Shown here one piece after another: positions 21,786-31,355 of a stretch of 36,074 nucleotides of DNA. This stretch comes from a virus. The position numbers and the translations under genes were made by a program. Where the stretch lies: IMG/VR virus record IMGVR_UViG_3300045181_000026. One strand, 5' to 3'. Each line of letters opens with the position of its first letter. Position 1 is the first letter of the stretch. Under the pieces are notes generated by a model, which saw only the letters and a list, made by a program, of their open reading frames with translations, did no database searches and had not been told where the DNA came from.

Positions 21786-22301
21786 GTGGTGGACGATCTG
21801 ACGACTCCCGACGCGTTGTCGGGGTATGCCGGCGCCCCGTTCTCTGCCGCCTCGGTCAAGGCTGCCGCGGCGTCGGTCCGGTCCGAGTGCCGGTGGCACA
21901 TTGCCCCCGAGGTCACGACGACGTCGGTGATCCGGACGGGCGGGGCGCGGGAGGTACTCCTCCCGACGCTCAAGCTCGCCCAGGTCACCAGCATCGAGGC
22001 GCTCTCCCTGACGGGCACGCCTGAGCCCTGGCGGCCGGACTCGCAGCCGTGGTGGTCGGTGGAGCAGGGCATCTTGCTGTTCACCGAGGCGCCTCCGGTG
22101 TGGATCCGCGTCGAGTTCAAGCACGGCTATGAGGAGTGCCCGGAGGACGTCTTGCAGATCGTCGCGGACCGTGCGGCCGCGGTGCGCACGGGCGGTCGGG
22201 TCCGCCAGGAGTCGCTTCTTGGCCGGTCGGTCTCGCTCGACACGAGCGCGATCCTGAGCGACTCCCCGCTCGCGGCCTACACCCTGGGGTGGCAGCCGTG
22301 A
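21786..22301 (+). CDS. Head-tail connector/adaptor protein (positional call)
   Basis: GTG after GAGGGAGGGG. Size and position are those of an HK97-like gp6-type gene. Confidence 0.5.
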   Translation: MVDDLTTPDALSGYAGAPFSAASVKAAAASVRSECRWHIAPEVTTTSVIRTGGAREVLLPTLKLAQVTSIEALSLTGTPEPWRPDSQPWWSVEQGILLFTEAPPVWIRVEFKHGYEECPEDVLQIVADRAAAVRTGGRVRQESLLGRSVSLDTSAILSDSPLAAYTLGWQP

Positions 22302-22651
22302 TCGGGCTGATGACGCAGAGCGTCGGACTCAAGAAGCCGGGCGAGCAGGTACGCGACGAGGCCGGCCAGCCGGTCTTCGACGAGTACGGCAAGCCGGTGA
22401 TCGGTCCGCCCACGACGACGGCCGTCCGGGCCTGGTACGAGCCGCGGAGCTCGACGGAGGACACGAACGCCAGAGATCAGGTCGTGTGGGGGTACTGGGT
22501 CGCGGTTGATCTTGACGTGGACCTGGACGCCTATGACGCGATCGTGATCGACGGCCTGGACTACGAGGTCGACGGTGAGGCGGGCCGGCAGCCGGGAGGC
22601 TTCCTCGTGCCTGGCTTCCAGAAGGTCGCCGTCGCGAGGGCTTCGGGATGA
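22298..22651 (+). CDS. Head closure / head-tail joining protein (positional call)
   Basis: GTGA overlap. About 117 aa, in the canonical order. Confidence 0.45.
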   Translation: MIGLMTQSVGLKKPGEQVRDEAGQPVFDEYGKPVIGPPTTTAVRAWYEPRSSTEDTNARDQVVWGYWVAVDLDVDLDAYDAIVIDGLDYEVDGEAGRQPGGFLVPGFQKVAVARASG

Positions 22652-22971
22652 GCCCGCCTCGCGCTCGAGTGACCATCAACGAGGACCTGATCCGCCAGGC
22701 CATGGTCAACCCGGACGTGGTCCAGCACTTGAAGGATCACGCCGAGAAGGTCCGGGATCGCGCCGAGCAACTCGCGGCCGCGGACAACGTGGACGCCGAG
22801 TTCACGACCGAGGAGAAGCGGCAGTCCACCGGCCGCCCGGTCGTCGACGTCCGGTCGAACAACGCCGAGGCCGAGTACGGGACGTCGCGGGTCGACCGGC
22901 GCCGAGTGCTCGGTCGGGCGGCGGAGGAGTTCCGCACGACTCCGGGTGTCCAGCAGGTCGATAGGTGGTGA
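22648..22971 (+). CDS. HK97 gp10-like tail component (positional call)
   Basis: ATGA overlap, 107 aa. Confidence 0.45.
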   Translation: MSPPRARVTINEDLIRQAMVNPDVVQHLKDHAEKVRDRAEQLAAADNVDAEFTTEEKRQSTGRPVVDVRSNNAEAEYGTSRVDRRRVLGRAAEEFRTTPGVQQVDRW

Positions 22972-22975
22972 TCCG

Positions 22976-23371
22976 GTGCAGCCGTTCCCGAACGTGCTTC
23001 CTCCCGTGATCGCCCACCTGCACGCGTGGCTGGACGTCCCGCCGGGACGCGTGTCCACGGCCACACCGCCACGGCTCGAGGAGCACCTTCCGTTCATCCG
23101 TGTCAGCCGCGGGCCGGGGTCGGATGACTACATCACGGCCTCGACCGTGATCGACCTCGACGTCCTCGCCGCCAGCGAGTCGCACATGTGGGCGCTCGCG
23201 GAGCAGTGCCGGTTGGCGATGCATGCGCTCGGGGGCCAGAAGGTCGCCGGCGTCCAGTTCGACTCGATCTCCACTGCCAGCGGGCCGACCGCTGTGAGCT
23301 GGGGAAACCCGGCTATCGAGCGGGCCGTGCTGTCGGCTCGCGTCAACGTCCGTCGCATTCGTCGCGGCTGA
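22976..23371 (+). CDS. Tail terminator / tail completion protein (positional call)
   Basis: GTG 22976, 131 aa, immediately before the major tail protein. Confidence 0.45.
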   Translation: MQPFPNVLPPVIAHLHAWLDVPPGRVSTATPPRLEEHLPFIRVSRGPGSDDYITASTVIDLDVLAASESHMWALAEQCRLAMHALGGQKVAGVQFDSISTASGPTAVSWGNPAIERAVLSARVNVRRIRRG

Positions 23372-23422
23372 CGATCGCGCCCGGTGGGGCGCTCCCATCC
23401 TCTGACCCTGAAAGGGGCTGCT

Positions 23423-24100
23423 ATGTCTATCACCCTGCCCGAGTTCAAGAACGCGAACGACAACCCCGACAACATCTTCAAGGCCCTCGAGCAGACCGTG
23501 CTCATCAAGCCCCGCGTCAAAGGGCAGGCCATCACGCCGATCGAGTCCGTGTGGGACGCCGAAGACGGTGGCCTGATCATCCCGCCGAACTTCATCCCGG
23601 TCGGTCTGATCACCAAGGCCGACGGGTCGACGTGGTCCCGGTCGACGACTGTCGCGGACACCGAGTCCGCCGGCTACGCCGAGCCGACCCGACGGGACGT
23701 CACCGGGGACGTGCGAGGTCTGCGCTTCACGGCGCAGGAGTCGAACCGCGCGACGCTCGCCCTGTACGAGTCGCTGCCCGCGGACCAGGTCAAGCAGATC
23801 GCCGGCGGCGCGGTCACCTACGACGCGCCGGCCCGTCCGGGCCTCATCGAGTACGAGGTCCTGGCGATCGCGCAGGACGGCGTGGGCGCCGACGTCCTCC
23901 ACCAGGTGCGCTACCTGCCGCGGGCGACCATGACCGAGTTCTCCGACCAGCGGTGGTCGGAGGACGGCGAGTGGCTCTACCCGTGCAACTTCGGCGCGAT
24001 GGTCGACCCGAACGCGGGCACGTCGCTGCGCACGTGGTGGTGCGGATCCGAGGCCCGCCTCGAGGGCATGGGCTTTGACCCCGCAGGGGGCACCCCGTGA
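23423..24100 (+). CDS. Major tail protein (225 aa)
   Basis: ATG after AAAGGGG. Assigned by position before the chaperone pair and by size. Confidence 0.65.
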   Translation: MSITLPEFKNANDNPDNIFKALEQTVLIKPRVKGQAITPIESVWDAEDGGLIIPPNFIPVGLITKADGSTWSRSTTVADTESAGYAEPTRRDVTGDVRGLRFTAQESNRATLALYESLPADQVKQIAGGAVTYDAPARPGLIEYEVLAIAQDGVGADVLHQVRYLPRATMTEFSDQRWSEDGEWLYPCNFGAMVDPNAGTSLRTWWCGSEARLEGMGFDPAGGTP

Positions 24101-24342
24101 CCGAGACGACGACCGGCCAGACGACACCCAAGGAGACGACCATGCCTGACACGACCACGCCCGCGAAGTCCTCGAAGCCCGCTGCCGCGCGCAAGCCGGC
24201 GACCTCGAGCAAGGCCGAGAAGCCGAAGCGCACCCGGACGGAGATGACCGCGCCGGATGGCCGCCGCCATGTGGCGTCTTCACCGACCGAGGTCAACAAC
24301 CTGCTGTCCGCCGGCTACAAGCTGGCCGAGGGGGGCAAGTGA
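24097..24342 (+). CDS. T/P/K-rich small protein (81 aa)
   Basis: GTGA overlaps on both sides. Low-complexity N-terminus. Confidence 0.45.
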   Translation: MTETTTGQTTPKETTMPDTTTPAKSSKPAAARKPATSSKAEKPKRTRTEMTAPDGRRHVASSPTEVNNLLSAGYKLAEGGK

Positions 24343-24734
24343 GCGAGTTCAAGACGTGGGACCAGTACGCCGACGAAGCGCGCATCGAGGCGTTCCAGCT
24401 CCCGGTCTCCAAGGACGAGGTCCTCACGATCGCGGCGCCCTCTGGGGCGGCGATCATCCAGTGGTCCCGCGCCTACCGGTCCGGGGACAGCGAGGCCATG
24501 CTCTCGGCCCTGACCGGGGACCACTACGCACGCATCCGCGAGCTCGTGAGCCGCGCACCGTTCGAGGCGATGCAGAACTTGGTCACCGACATCATGGTGC
24601 ACTTCCGCCTCACCGAGGAGATCCGCCTTGAGGGGCCCGGGGGCGGCACCATCACTGAGCGCGATCCCCGCAAGGTGCAGAAGCTCATCGGCGCGGGGTA
24701 CAAGCCCGCGGGGGAAGCGCGCTCCCGTCCCTGA
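24339..24734 (+). CDS. Tail assembly chaperone (gpG analogue)
   Basis: Lies before the tape measure gene. The -1 frame is open from 24659 onward. Confidence 0.7.
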   Translation: MSEFKTWDQYADEARIEAFQLPVSKDEVLTIAAPSGAAIIQWSRAYRSGDSEAMLSALTGDHYARIRELVSRAPFEAMQNLVTDIMVHFRLTEEIRLEGPGGGTITERDPRKVQKLIGAGYKPAGEARSRP

Positions 24735-25237
24735 TCCACACCGTTGACCGGTACGGCGAGGCCATCGAGGTCGACCTGCACCGGTTCTATGGGCTCGACC
24801 TCATCGCCTTCTTCCAAGGCGCGCACTCGTGGCGGAAGCTCTCCGCCCTGATCCGCGCGATGCCCCGGGCGTCCCAGCTCGGGCAGGCCCAGGCCGACGA
24901 CGACGATCTCGCGATCGCACTCGCGGCAAGGCAGGCAGACGACCAGGCCGACATCCTGCGCCCCACGGGGCCGAGGGTGTCGGCCTGGTCGGAAGAGGTC
25001 GAGCTCCTGACGGACCTCGCGGACATCGCGAAGCGAACCCTCGACGTCCTGACGGCCCAGGCGACGGGACAGAAACAGATCCCCGCGCACGTACCTGCCC
25101 CACGGCCCCGTACCGCGAGCCACCGACTCGAAGAGACCAGGCGTCGCCGCGCACGCGCGGCGCTCGCGGAATCGATCTCGGACGCTCAACGCCGATGGGC
25201 GAAGAAGCACGCGCAGGCCCCCACCAGCACCGACTGA
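24339..25237 (+). CDS. Tail assembly chaperone G-T fusion via a -1 programmed frameshift
   Basis: The -1 frame from 24659 encodes ..IEVDLHRFYGLDLIAFFQGAHSWRKLSALIRAMP.., the conserved gpT-type motif. Candidate slip sites are G-runs at 24691-24701 and 24708-24717. Confidence 0.65.
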
Positions 25238-25258
25238 TCAGAGAGGGGGCGGTCTGCC

Positions 25259-28200
25259 ATGTCCCAGGACTCCGCCGTCTGGCTCCCGGTACTTCCCGAC
25301 ATGTCCGGCTTCGGGCCGGGAATGCTCCGCGGCGCCGAGCAGGCCGCCGAACGAACGGGGCGCTCGACGGGCCGCAAGTTCGGACTCGCGGCGCTCGCGG
25401 GCGTGGCGGCGATCGGCGCCGGCGCGGCGGCCGCGACGCGTGCCCTGTACTCGATCGGTGAGACCTTCGACGAGGTCGAGGACACGATCCGGGTCGGAAC
25501 GGGTGCCACGGGCGACGACCTCGAGGCTCTGGTGGAGTCCGCGCGGCAGGTCGGCACCCAGGTGCCAGCCCAGTTCGAGGACATCGGCACCGCGGTCGCA
25601 GACCTGAACACCCGGCTCGGGCTCACCGGCGACGATCTCGAGACCGTGGCGAGCCAGGTCCTCGAGGCGGGCCGCATCCTTGGCGAGGACGTCGACATCC
25701 ACGGCGTGAGCTCCGCGTTCAACGCCTTCGGTCTCGAGTCGGACCAGGTCTCCGGGGCCATGGACCACCTCTTCCGGGTCTCCCAGGCCACGGGCATCGG
25801 AATGAACGACCTCGCGGCCCAGGTGTCGTCGAACGCGCCCGCGGTGCAGCAGCTCGGCTTCTCCTTCGAGGAGACGGCCGCCCTGGTCGGAAACCTCGAC
25901 CGGGCGGGCCTGAACTCCTCCCGGATGATGATGGGCATGTCGCAGTCGCTCGTGCGACTGGCCCGCGACGGGGAGGAGCCCGCGGAGGCCTTCCGGCGGA
26001 CCGTGGACGAGATCGACGCCTTCCTCGCTGCCGGGGATCAGGCGGCCGCGATCGATCTCGCGGGCGAGGTGTTCGGCACCCGCAACGCGACCCAGTTCAT
26101 TGGCGCGATCCAGGACGGCACTCTCGCCATGGACGATCTGGCGTCCGTCGCGGGCATGACCGAGGACACGATCCTCGGCGCCGGCGAGGAGACGATGGAC
26201 TTCGCCGAGCAGTGGCAGCTGTTCAAGAACAACGTGCTCGTCGTGCTCGAGCCGATCGCGAGCCGAGTCTTCAGCGCCTTCGGCGACGGCATGGCCTGGC
26301 TGACCGAGTCCGCGTTCCCGGCACTGTCCTCGGCGTGGGACTCCTACGTCTCTCCCGTGCTCTCCTGGATCGGGGACATGTGGGACGAGTACATCGGCCC
26401 TGCCCTGACCTCCCTCGGTGACACCCTCACCAACGTCATCGTGCCGGCACTGGTCGAGTTCGGGGACCGCGCGCAGACGATGTGGACCGAGTACGTCGAG
26501 CCCACCTTCATGGGCATCTGGGGCGTCATCCAGGACTACGTGATCCCCACGATCCGCGAGCTCTGGCAGGACGTCATCAAGCCAGCGTTCACCGAGATCG
26601 GCGAGACGATCCAGGCCTGGTGGGACAACGTCGGCCGACCGATCTTCAACAAGGTCGAGGACATCATCATCAACAAGGTCGGCCCGGCGATCACCGGGCT
26701 GTGGCAGAACGTCGTCGGCCCCGCCTTCGCGGGAATCGGCGACTTCATCTCCAGCGCCTGGAACAACGTCATCAAGCCGATCTTCGACACGATCCAGTCC
26801 ATCCTCAACGGCGACCTCACCGGAGCCTTCAACTCCTTCAAGGACGCCGTCACGGGCGTGTTCGAGACCGTCGGCGGCGTCATCTCCGACATCTGGAACG
26901 CGACCATCAAGCCCGTCTGGCAGGCGATGAGCTCCTTCATCTCCGACACCGTTGTCCCCGGCGTGGAGACCGGAGTCGACTTCCTGCGCCGAGCCTTCGA
27001 CCGGGTCGCCAACTTCTTCCGCACCCCGATCAACTGGGTGATTCGCTACGTGTGGAACGCGGGCCTCCGCAAGGCCTACAACGCAGTCGCCGGCGTCATC
27101 GGCGCCAGCCAGCTCGAGCGCGCAGACGAGATCGGCGAGTTCGGCGGCACACCCGCCTCCGCGCCAGTCCAGCGCGGCTCCACGACCAGGGGCCTCGCAC
27201 CCCGGGCGTTCGCCCGAGGAGGCTACGCCTCCCCAGGGTGGGCGCTCGTCGGCGAAGAGGGCCCCGAGCTCATCGACCTGACCACCCCCGGACGCGTCTA
27301 CACCGCCGGCCAGACCGCCGAGGCGCTCGCCGCGCTCGACGCCGGCCGCGACCTTACCGACCAGCAGTCCCAGATCCTCGCCGGACCTTCCCCGGCGCGG
27401 GCGCTCGCCCCGATGGGCGGCCCCGGGGACTGGGTGTCGGACGCGTGGGGCGCCGTCACCGACGCCGCCGGCGCGGCACTGAGGTGGACTCGCGGGGCGC
27501 TCGCTTCGGCGGCGGACGCTCTGCTCGGCCCGATCTTCGAGGGCATCGCCGGGCGGATGGCTGAGCATGGCCGGTTCGGTGAGCTCGCGGGCAGTGCGAT
27601 GGTCAACGTCAAGGACCGGCTCATGGACTGGATCCGTGGCCAGGACGAGGAGTACCTCGCCCGGACCATGTCCGGCGTCGACAAGTTCGACCCGGCCATG
27701 CTCGGTGCCGGCGTTGCGGGCGCTGGTGCGGGCGGCGGATGGCTCAGGCCCGGCCCCGGCCCCGTGACGAGCCGCTTCGGTCCACGGTGGGGTGGCATGC
27801 ACGCCGGCATCGACCTTGCCATGCCGGTCGGCACCCAGCTGCGGGCCCCGTTCGATGGGCAGGTCATCCGGTCCGGTTTCGGCACTCTCGCCGGCCGCAC
27901 GGGCCTGGGCCTGATGATGATGCTCGCCAACGGCTTCGGCGCCTACTTCGGGCACCTCAGCCGCGTGTTCGCGGCCGATGGCCAGGCCTTCAACCGGGGC
28001 GACATCCTCGCCCTGTCCGGCAACACCGGGAACAGCACCGGCCCGCACCTCCACTTCGAGGTCAACCGCGGGAACTTTCAGGCACCGATCAACCCGACGA
28101 TGACCGGGCTGTTCGACCAGGGCGGCATCCTCGAGCACGGCCACGCCGCGCTGAACCTCTCTGGCGAGCCGGAGGCGATCCTCACCGGCGACCAGTGGCG

Positions 28201-28366
28201 CCAGCTCGAGGCGATCGCCAACGGCGAGGCTCAGTGGCCGGCCTACGCGACCGGCCCCGCCGCGGTCGTGACCGTGGAGAACGGGGACGCCGGCCGGGTG
28301 GTCGGTGCTATCGACTTCGCGATGAAGGCCCGGGAGCGCGGCGTCCGGGCCAGGAGCAGGGGGTAG
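25259..28366 (+). CDS. Tape measure protein with a C-terminal M23 (LytM) peptidase domain (1035 aa)
   Basis: Repeated W-x3-(I/V)-x-P units. HAGIDLA...GNTGNSTGPHLHFEV. Confidence 0.9.
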   Translation: MSQDSAVWLPVLPDMSGFGPGMLRGAEQAAERTGRSTGRKFGLAALAGVAAIGAGAAAATRALYSIGETFDEVEDTIRVGTGATGDDLEALVESARQVGTQVPAQFEDIGTAVADLNTRLGLTGDDLETVASQVLEAGRILGEDVDIHGVSSAFNAFGLESDQVSGAMDHLFRVSQATGIGMNDLAAQVSSNAPAVQQLGFSFEETAALVGNLDRAGLNSSRMMMGMSQSLVRLARDGEEPAEAFRRTVDEIDAFLAAGDQAAAIDLAGEVFGTRNATQFIGAIQDGTLAMDDLASVAGMTEDTILGAGEETMDFAEQWQLFKNNVLVVLEPIASRVFSAFGDGMAWLTESAFPALSSAWDSYVSPVLSWIGDMWDEYIGPALTSLGDTLTNVIVPALVEFGDRAQTMWTEYVEPTFMGIWGVIQDYVIPTIRELWQDVIKPAFTEIGETIQAWWDNVGRPIFNKVEDIIINKVGPAITGLWQNVVGPAFAGIGDFISSAWNNVIKPIFDTIQSILNGDLTGAFNSFKDAVTGVFETVGGVISDIWNATIKPVWQAMSSFISDTVVPGVETGVDFLRRAFDRVANFFRTPINWVIRYVWNAGLRKAYNAVAGVIGASQLERADEIGEFGGTPASAPVQRGSTTRGLAPRAFARGGYASPGWALVGEEGPELIDLTTPGRVYTAGQTAEALAALDAGRDLTDQQSQILAGPSPARALAPMGGPGDWVSDAWGAVTDAAGAALRWTRGALASAADALLGPIFEGIAGRMAEHGRFGELAGSAMVNVKDRLMDWIRGQDEEYLARTMSGVDKFDPAMLGAGVAGAGAGGGWLRPGPGPVTSRFGPRWGGMHAGIDLAMPVGTQLRAPFDGQVIRSGFGTLAGRTGLGLMMMLANGFGAYFGHLSRVFAADGQAFNRGDILALSGNTGNSTGPHLHFEVNRGNFQAPINPTMTGLFDQGGILEHGHAALNLSGEPEAILTGDQWRQLEAIANGEAQWPAYATGPAAVVTVENGDAGRVVGAIDFAMKARERGVRARSRG

Positions 28367-28369
28367 CCG

Positions 28370-29275
28370 ATGGCGCTCGATCCGACGGCTGGCGCCGTCT
28401 ACGAGCTCGAGGGTGTGACGTTCGGCGGCAGGCGCGAGGGCGGCTACATGGTCGCCTCCGTGTCCCGGGCAGCAGCCTCGGTGCGTTCGCAAGCGGTGCC
28501 GGCCCCGCACCGGCACGGCACGATCCCGGGCCGGGACTACCTTGGCTCCTCGACGTGGACGTTCGACATCACGACGGACGCGGAGGACAACGCCGGCGCC
28601 TACGCGCTCGCCCGTCAACTGGGCGGCGCGTGGGCGCGGGCCCGGTCCTTGGCGCCGGGCGAGCTCGCAGTCCTGCGCGTCTACCGGGCCGGCGAGTGGT
28701 TCCGGGTGTACGGGCGTGCCCGTGAGTTCGCGGGTCCGGAAGAGACCGTGGGGACGACGGTCGGCACCGGCGCGATCGTCTGCTCGTTCGAGGTCATGGA
28801 TCCGCTCGTGTACGGCGACCTCGAGCGGTCGGTGTCGATCGGCACGACCCCCTCGGCGGGCGCGACGGGCCTGATCTTCCCGGTCGTATTCGACGTCGTC
28901 TGGGACACCGACGGGGTGCCGGGCCAGCGGTCCGGGATCGTCGACCTCGAGGGCACCGTGCCCGCCCCCGTGGTCGTCGAGCTGCGGGGCCCGATGTCGA
29001 ACCCGCGGGTCGTGCACTCGTCGGGGTGGGAGGTCGGCGTGACCGGCCCGCTCGCATACGACGAGGCCGTGATCTTCGACGGCCGGACCCGTACCGTGCG
29101 GGCGACCATCGGCGGCGCGCCCGCACCGAATCCGGCGTCGCGGATCACGCGCGCTACCCGCCTGGACCGACTCACCGTCGACCCGGGGCGCTCGGAGTTC
29201 ACCTTGTTCGCCACCGATCCCACGGGGTCGGGGCAGGCCGTCATCACGTGGCGCGACGCGCACGCATCGATCTAG
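28370..29275 (+). CDS. Distal tail protein (Dit-like) / minor tail protein
   Basis: First gene after the tape measure protein, 301 aa. Confidence 0.6.
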   Translation: MALDPTAGAVYELEGVTFGGRREGGYMVASVSRAAASVRSQAVPAPHRHGTIPGRDYLGSSTWTFDITTDAEDNAGAYALARQLGGAWARARSLAPGELAVLRVYRAGEWFRVYGRAREFAGPEETVGTTVGTGAIVCSFEVMDPLVYGDLERSVSIGTTPSAGATGLIFPVVFDVVWDTDGVPGQRSGIVDLEGTVPAPVVVELRGPMSNPRVVHSSGWEVGVTGPLAYDEAVIFDGRTRTVRATIGGAPAPNPASRITRATRLDRLTVDPGRSEFTLFATDPTGSGQAVITWRDAHASI

Positions 29276-29284
29276 GAGGACACC

Positions 29285-30262
29285 ATGGCGACTTCGCTCG
29301 AGATGCAGGGATGGGCTTTCGGTAACGGCTACGAGCACACGGTCGAGGTCGGCCGGATGCTGGCCTACCTGGCGTCGGGTGGCGCGTCGGGCGTCGTCGC
29401 CGCCCCGGACCTCAAGGTGACGCCCCTGGACGTCCCGGGTGGCGGTGTCCGCGTCATGCCCGGGGCGGCCGTGATCGCGTCGACCTACGGGGGCGGTGGG
29501 CAGCAGTCCTACGCGGCGCGCATGCCCGTCGCGGGCGACGTCGATATCCCCGCGACGTCGTCGGCTGGCGCCCGCACCGACCTGATCGTGGCCCGGGTCG
29601 AGGACCCGCAGTACGCGGGCGACCTGCCGGGTGTGCGCATCGAGCGGATCGGGAGCGTGCCAGTGACCACGAGCACGGCGGCCGAGCTCGGCCTGCCGTA
29701 CCCGGCGGTCGCCCTGGCCCGTGTCACCCTGCCCGCGTCGACGGGCACCGTGCAGGCCGCCCACATCACTGACCTGCGGCGCATGGCGTCCCCGCGCCGC
29801 GTGGCCGGCCAGGCGACGGTCTTCCCGACGGGCAACGCGGCCGAGGGCACGGCCTACCAGATCCCGCAGGGTGGCTCCTACGCCGCCTGGCCGATCCGAT
29901 CCGGTGACCGGCCCGTCGTTTTCGTGCCGGAGTGGGCGACCCGCCTGTCGATGGTCGTGCACCTGTCTGGCGTCCTGTACACCGGCAACCAGGCGTCGGT
30001 CGCGGGTACCCGGGTCGGTATCGGTTCGACGTGGTCGCAGAACGGGATCATCAAGGAGGAGGACGACGACGGGTCGTACTCCAACAGCGGTAAGCGCGTG
30101 CACTACACGATGCTCGGTGACATCGCGCTCGAGGCGCCCCGGCGTGGCACTTACCAGACACTGAACGTGCAGGCGATGCGCACGGCCGGCAGCGGGCTGT
30201 GGTGGGCGGACTACCAGTCGGCCATCGGCATCCAGTGGGCGTTCGACGAGGAGCCGATCTAG
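29285..30262 (+). CDS. Minor tail protein (325 aa)
   Basis: Listed ORF within the tail module. Confidence 0.55.
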   Translation: MATSLEMQGWAFGNGYEHTVEVGRMLAYLASGGASGVVAAPDLKVTPLDVPGGGVRVMPGAAVIASTYGGGGQQSYAARMPVAGDVDIPATSSAGARTDLIVARVEDPQYAGDLPGVRIERIGSVPVTTSTAAELGLPYPAVALARVTLPASTGTVQAAHITDLRRMASPRRVAGQATVFPTGNAAEGTAYQIPQGGSYAAWPIRSGDRPVVFVPEWATRLSMVVHLSGVLYTGNQASVAGTRVGIGSTWSQNGIIKEEDDDGSYSNSGKRVHYTMLGDIALEAPRRGTYQTLNVQAMRTAGSGLWWADYQSAIGIQWAFDEEPI

Positions 30263-30263
30263 C

Positions 30264-31355
30264 GTGGGCTGGTCGTTCATGGTCCAGGAGCTCCCCTCTG
30301 GGGAGTGGATCGACCTCGCAGCCCCGCTCTCGGGCGCCCAGGTCACACGCTCCCTGTCAGCGGCCGCGAGCCTGTCAGGCACGCTCCCTATCGAGCTCGC
30401 CCACCTAACCGGTCGGCTCCGGGAGTGGGGGACGGCAATCTACGCGGTCGAGGGTGACCAGCTGCGCGGCGGCGGCATCATCCCGGACGGCGGCGTGTCC
30501 TACGACGACCAACAGGTCAGCATCGACGCCGTCGGCCCGTCCTCCTGGCTACACGGCCAGCCCTGGCTCACGGCCGACCGGTCCTACATCGACGCCGACC
30601 CCGCGACGATCGACCAGGACATCTGGGACCGCATGCAGGCCTGGGCAGGCGGCTTCCTCGGCGTCACCCTCGACCCGCTCACCACCACCAAGCGCATCGG
30701 AGAGCCCGAGCGGGACGTGAACTTTCAGACCAGCACTGGCCAGGACGTCGAGTTCACCGCTGGCCCCTACCGGCTGTCCTGGTGGCAGACAGCGAACGTG
30801 GGCCAGGAACGGGCACGCCTCCTCGAAGACGCCGGGATCGAGTGGCAAGAGGTGCCGAACTGGGCACCAGGCCAGGCCCGGGCGGTCCGGTGGCACATCC
30901 GCCGCGCCTTCCCGCGGCTCGGCGCTCGCCGGCACCAACGACTCACCGTCGGCGCGGAGATCATCCAGGTGCCCCCCGTCCAGCACGAGCCCTACAGCAG
31001 CGACGTGCTCGTGCTCGGCGCCGGCGAGGGCTCCGCGACGGTGTCCGCGACTGCCAGCCGGACGACCGACCGGCTCCGACGGGCGGCACTCGTGACCGCG
31101 AAGGGCATCGGAAGACGACCCACCGCCGAAACACGGGCCCGCTCCGAGGCTGCCCGCCGCACCGGCACCAGCGTCGTCGGCTCGATCGTCGTCGTCCCCA
31201 CCGAGACCTTCGACCCCTGGCAGGTCCAGCCCGGCGACGAACTACCCATCAGCGGTGACGCCGGCTGGGTGCAGCTCGACCACTGGGTGCGCGTCATCGA
31301 GATCACCGCCGACTGCGAGAGCGGCGAGCACACCATGGAGGTGGTCCCCGCGTGA
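30264..31355 (+). CDS. Minor tail protein, Tal-like (363 aa)
   Basis: GTG 30264 lies 1 nt after the previous stop. Tail module. Confidence 0.55.
   Translation: MGWSFMVQELPSGEWIDLAAPLSGAQVTRSLSAAASLSGTLPIELAHLTGRLREWGTAIYAVEGDQLRGGGIIPDGGVSYDDQQVSIDAVGPSSWLHGQPWLTADRSYIDADPATIDQDIWDRMQAWAGGFLGVTLDPLTTTKRIGEPERDVNFQTSTGQDVEFTAGPYRLSWWQTANVGQERARLLEDAGIEWQEVPNWAPGQARAVRWHIRRAFPRLGARRHQRLTVGAEIIQVPPVQHEPYSSDVLVLGAGEGSATVSATASRTTDRLRRAALVTAKGIGRRPTAETRARSEAARRTGTSVVGSIVVVPTETFDPWQVQPGDELPISGDAGWVQLDHWVRVIEITADCESGEHTMEVVPA

Noticed and set aside
25238-30382. Very long minus-strand ORF (1714 aa) opposite the tape measure and minor tail genes
   Set aside because: R/G/P/D/H-rich nonsense composition. 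It lies antisense to genes with clear motifs (the tape measure W-x3-I-x-P repeats and M23 domain). This is the typical high-GC shadow ORF.
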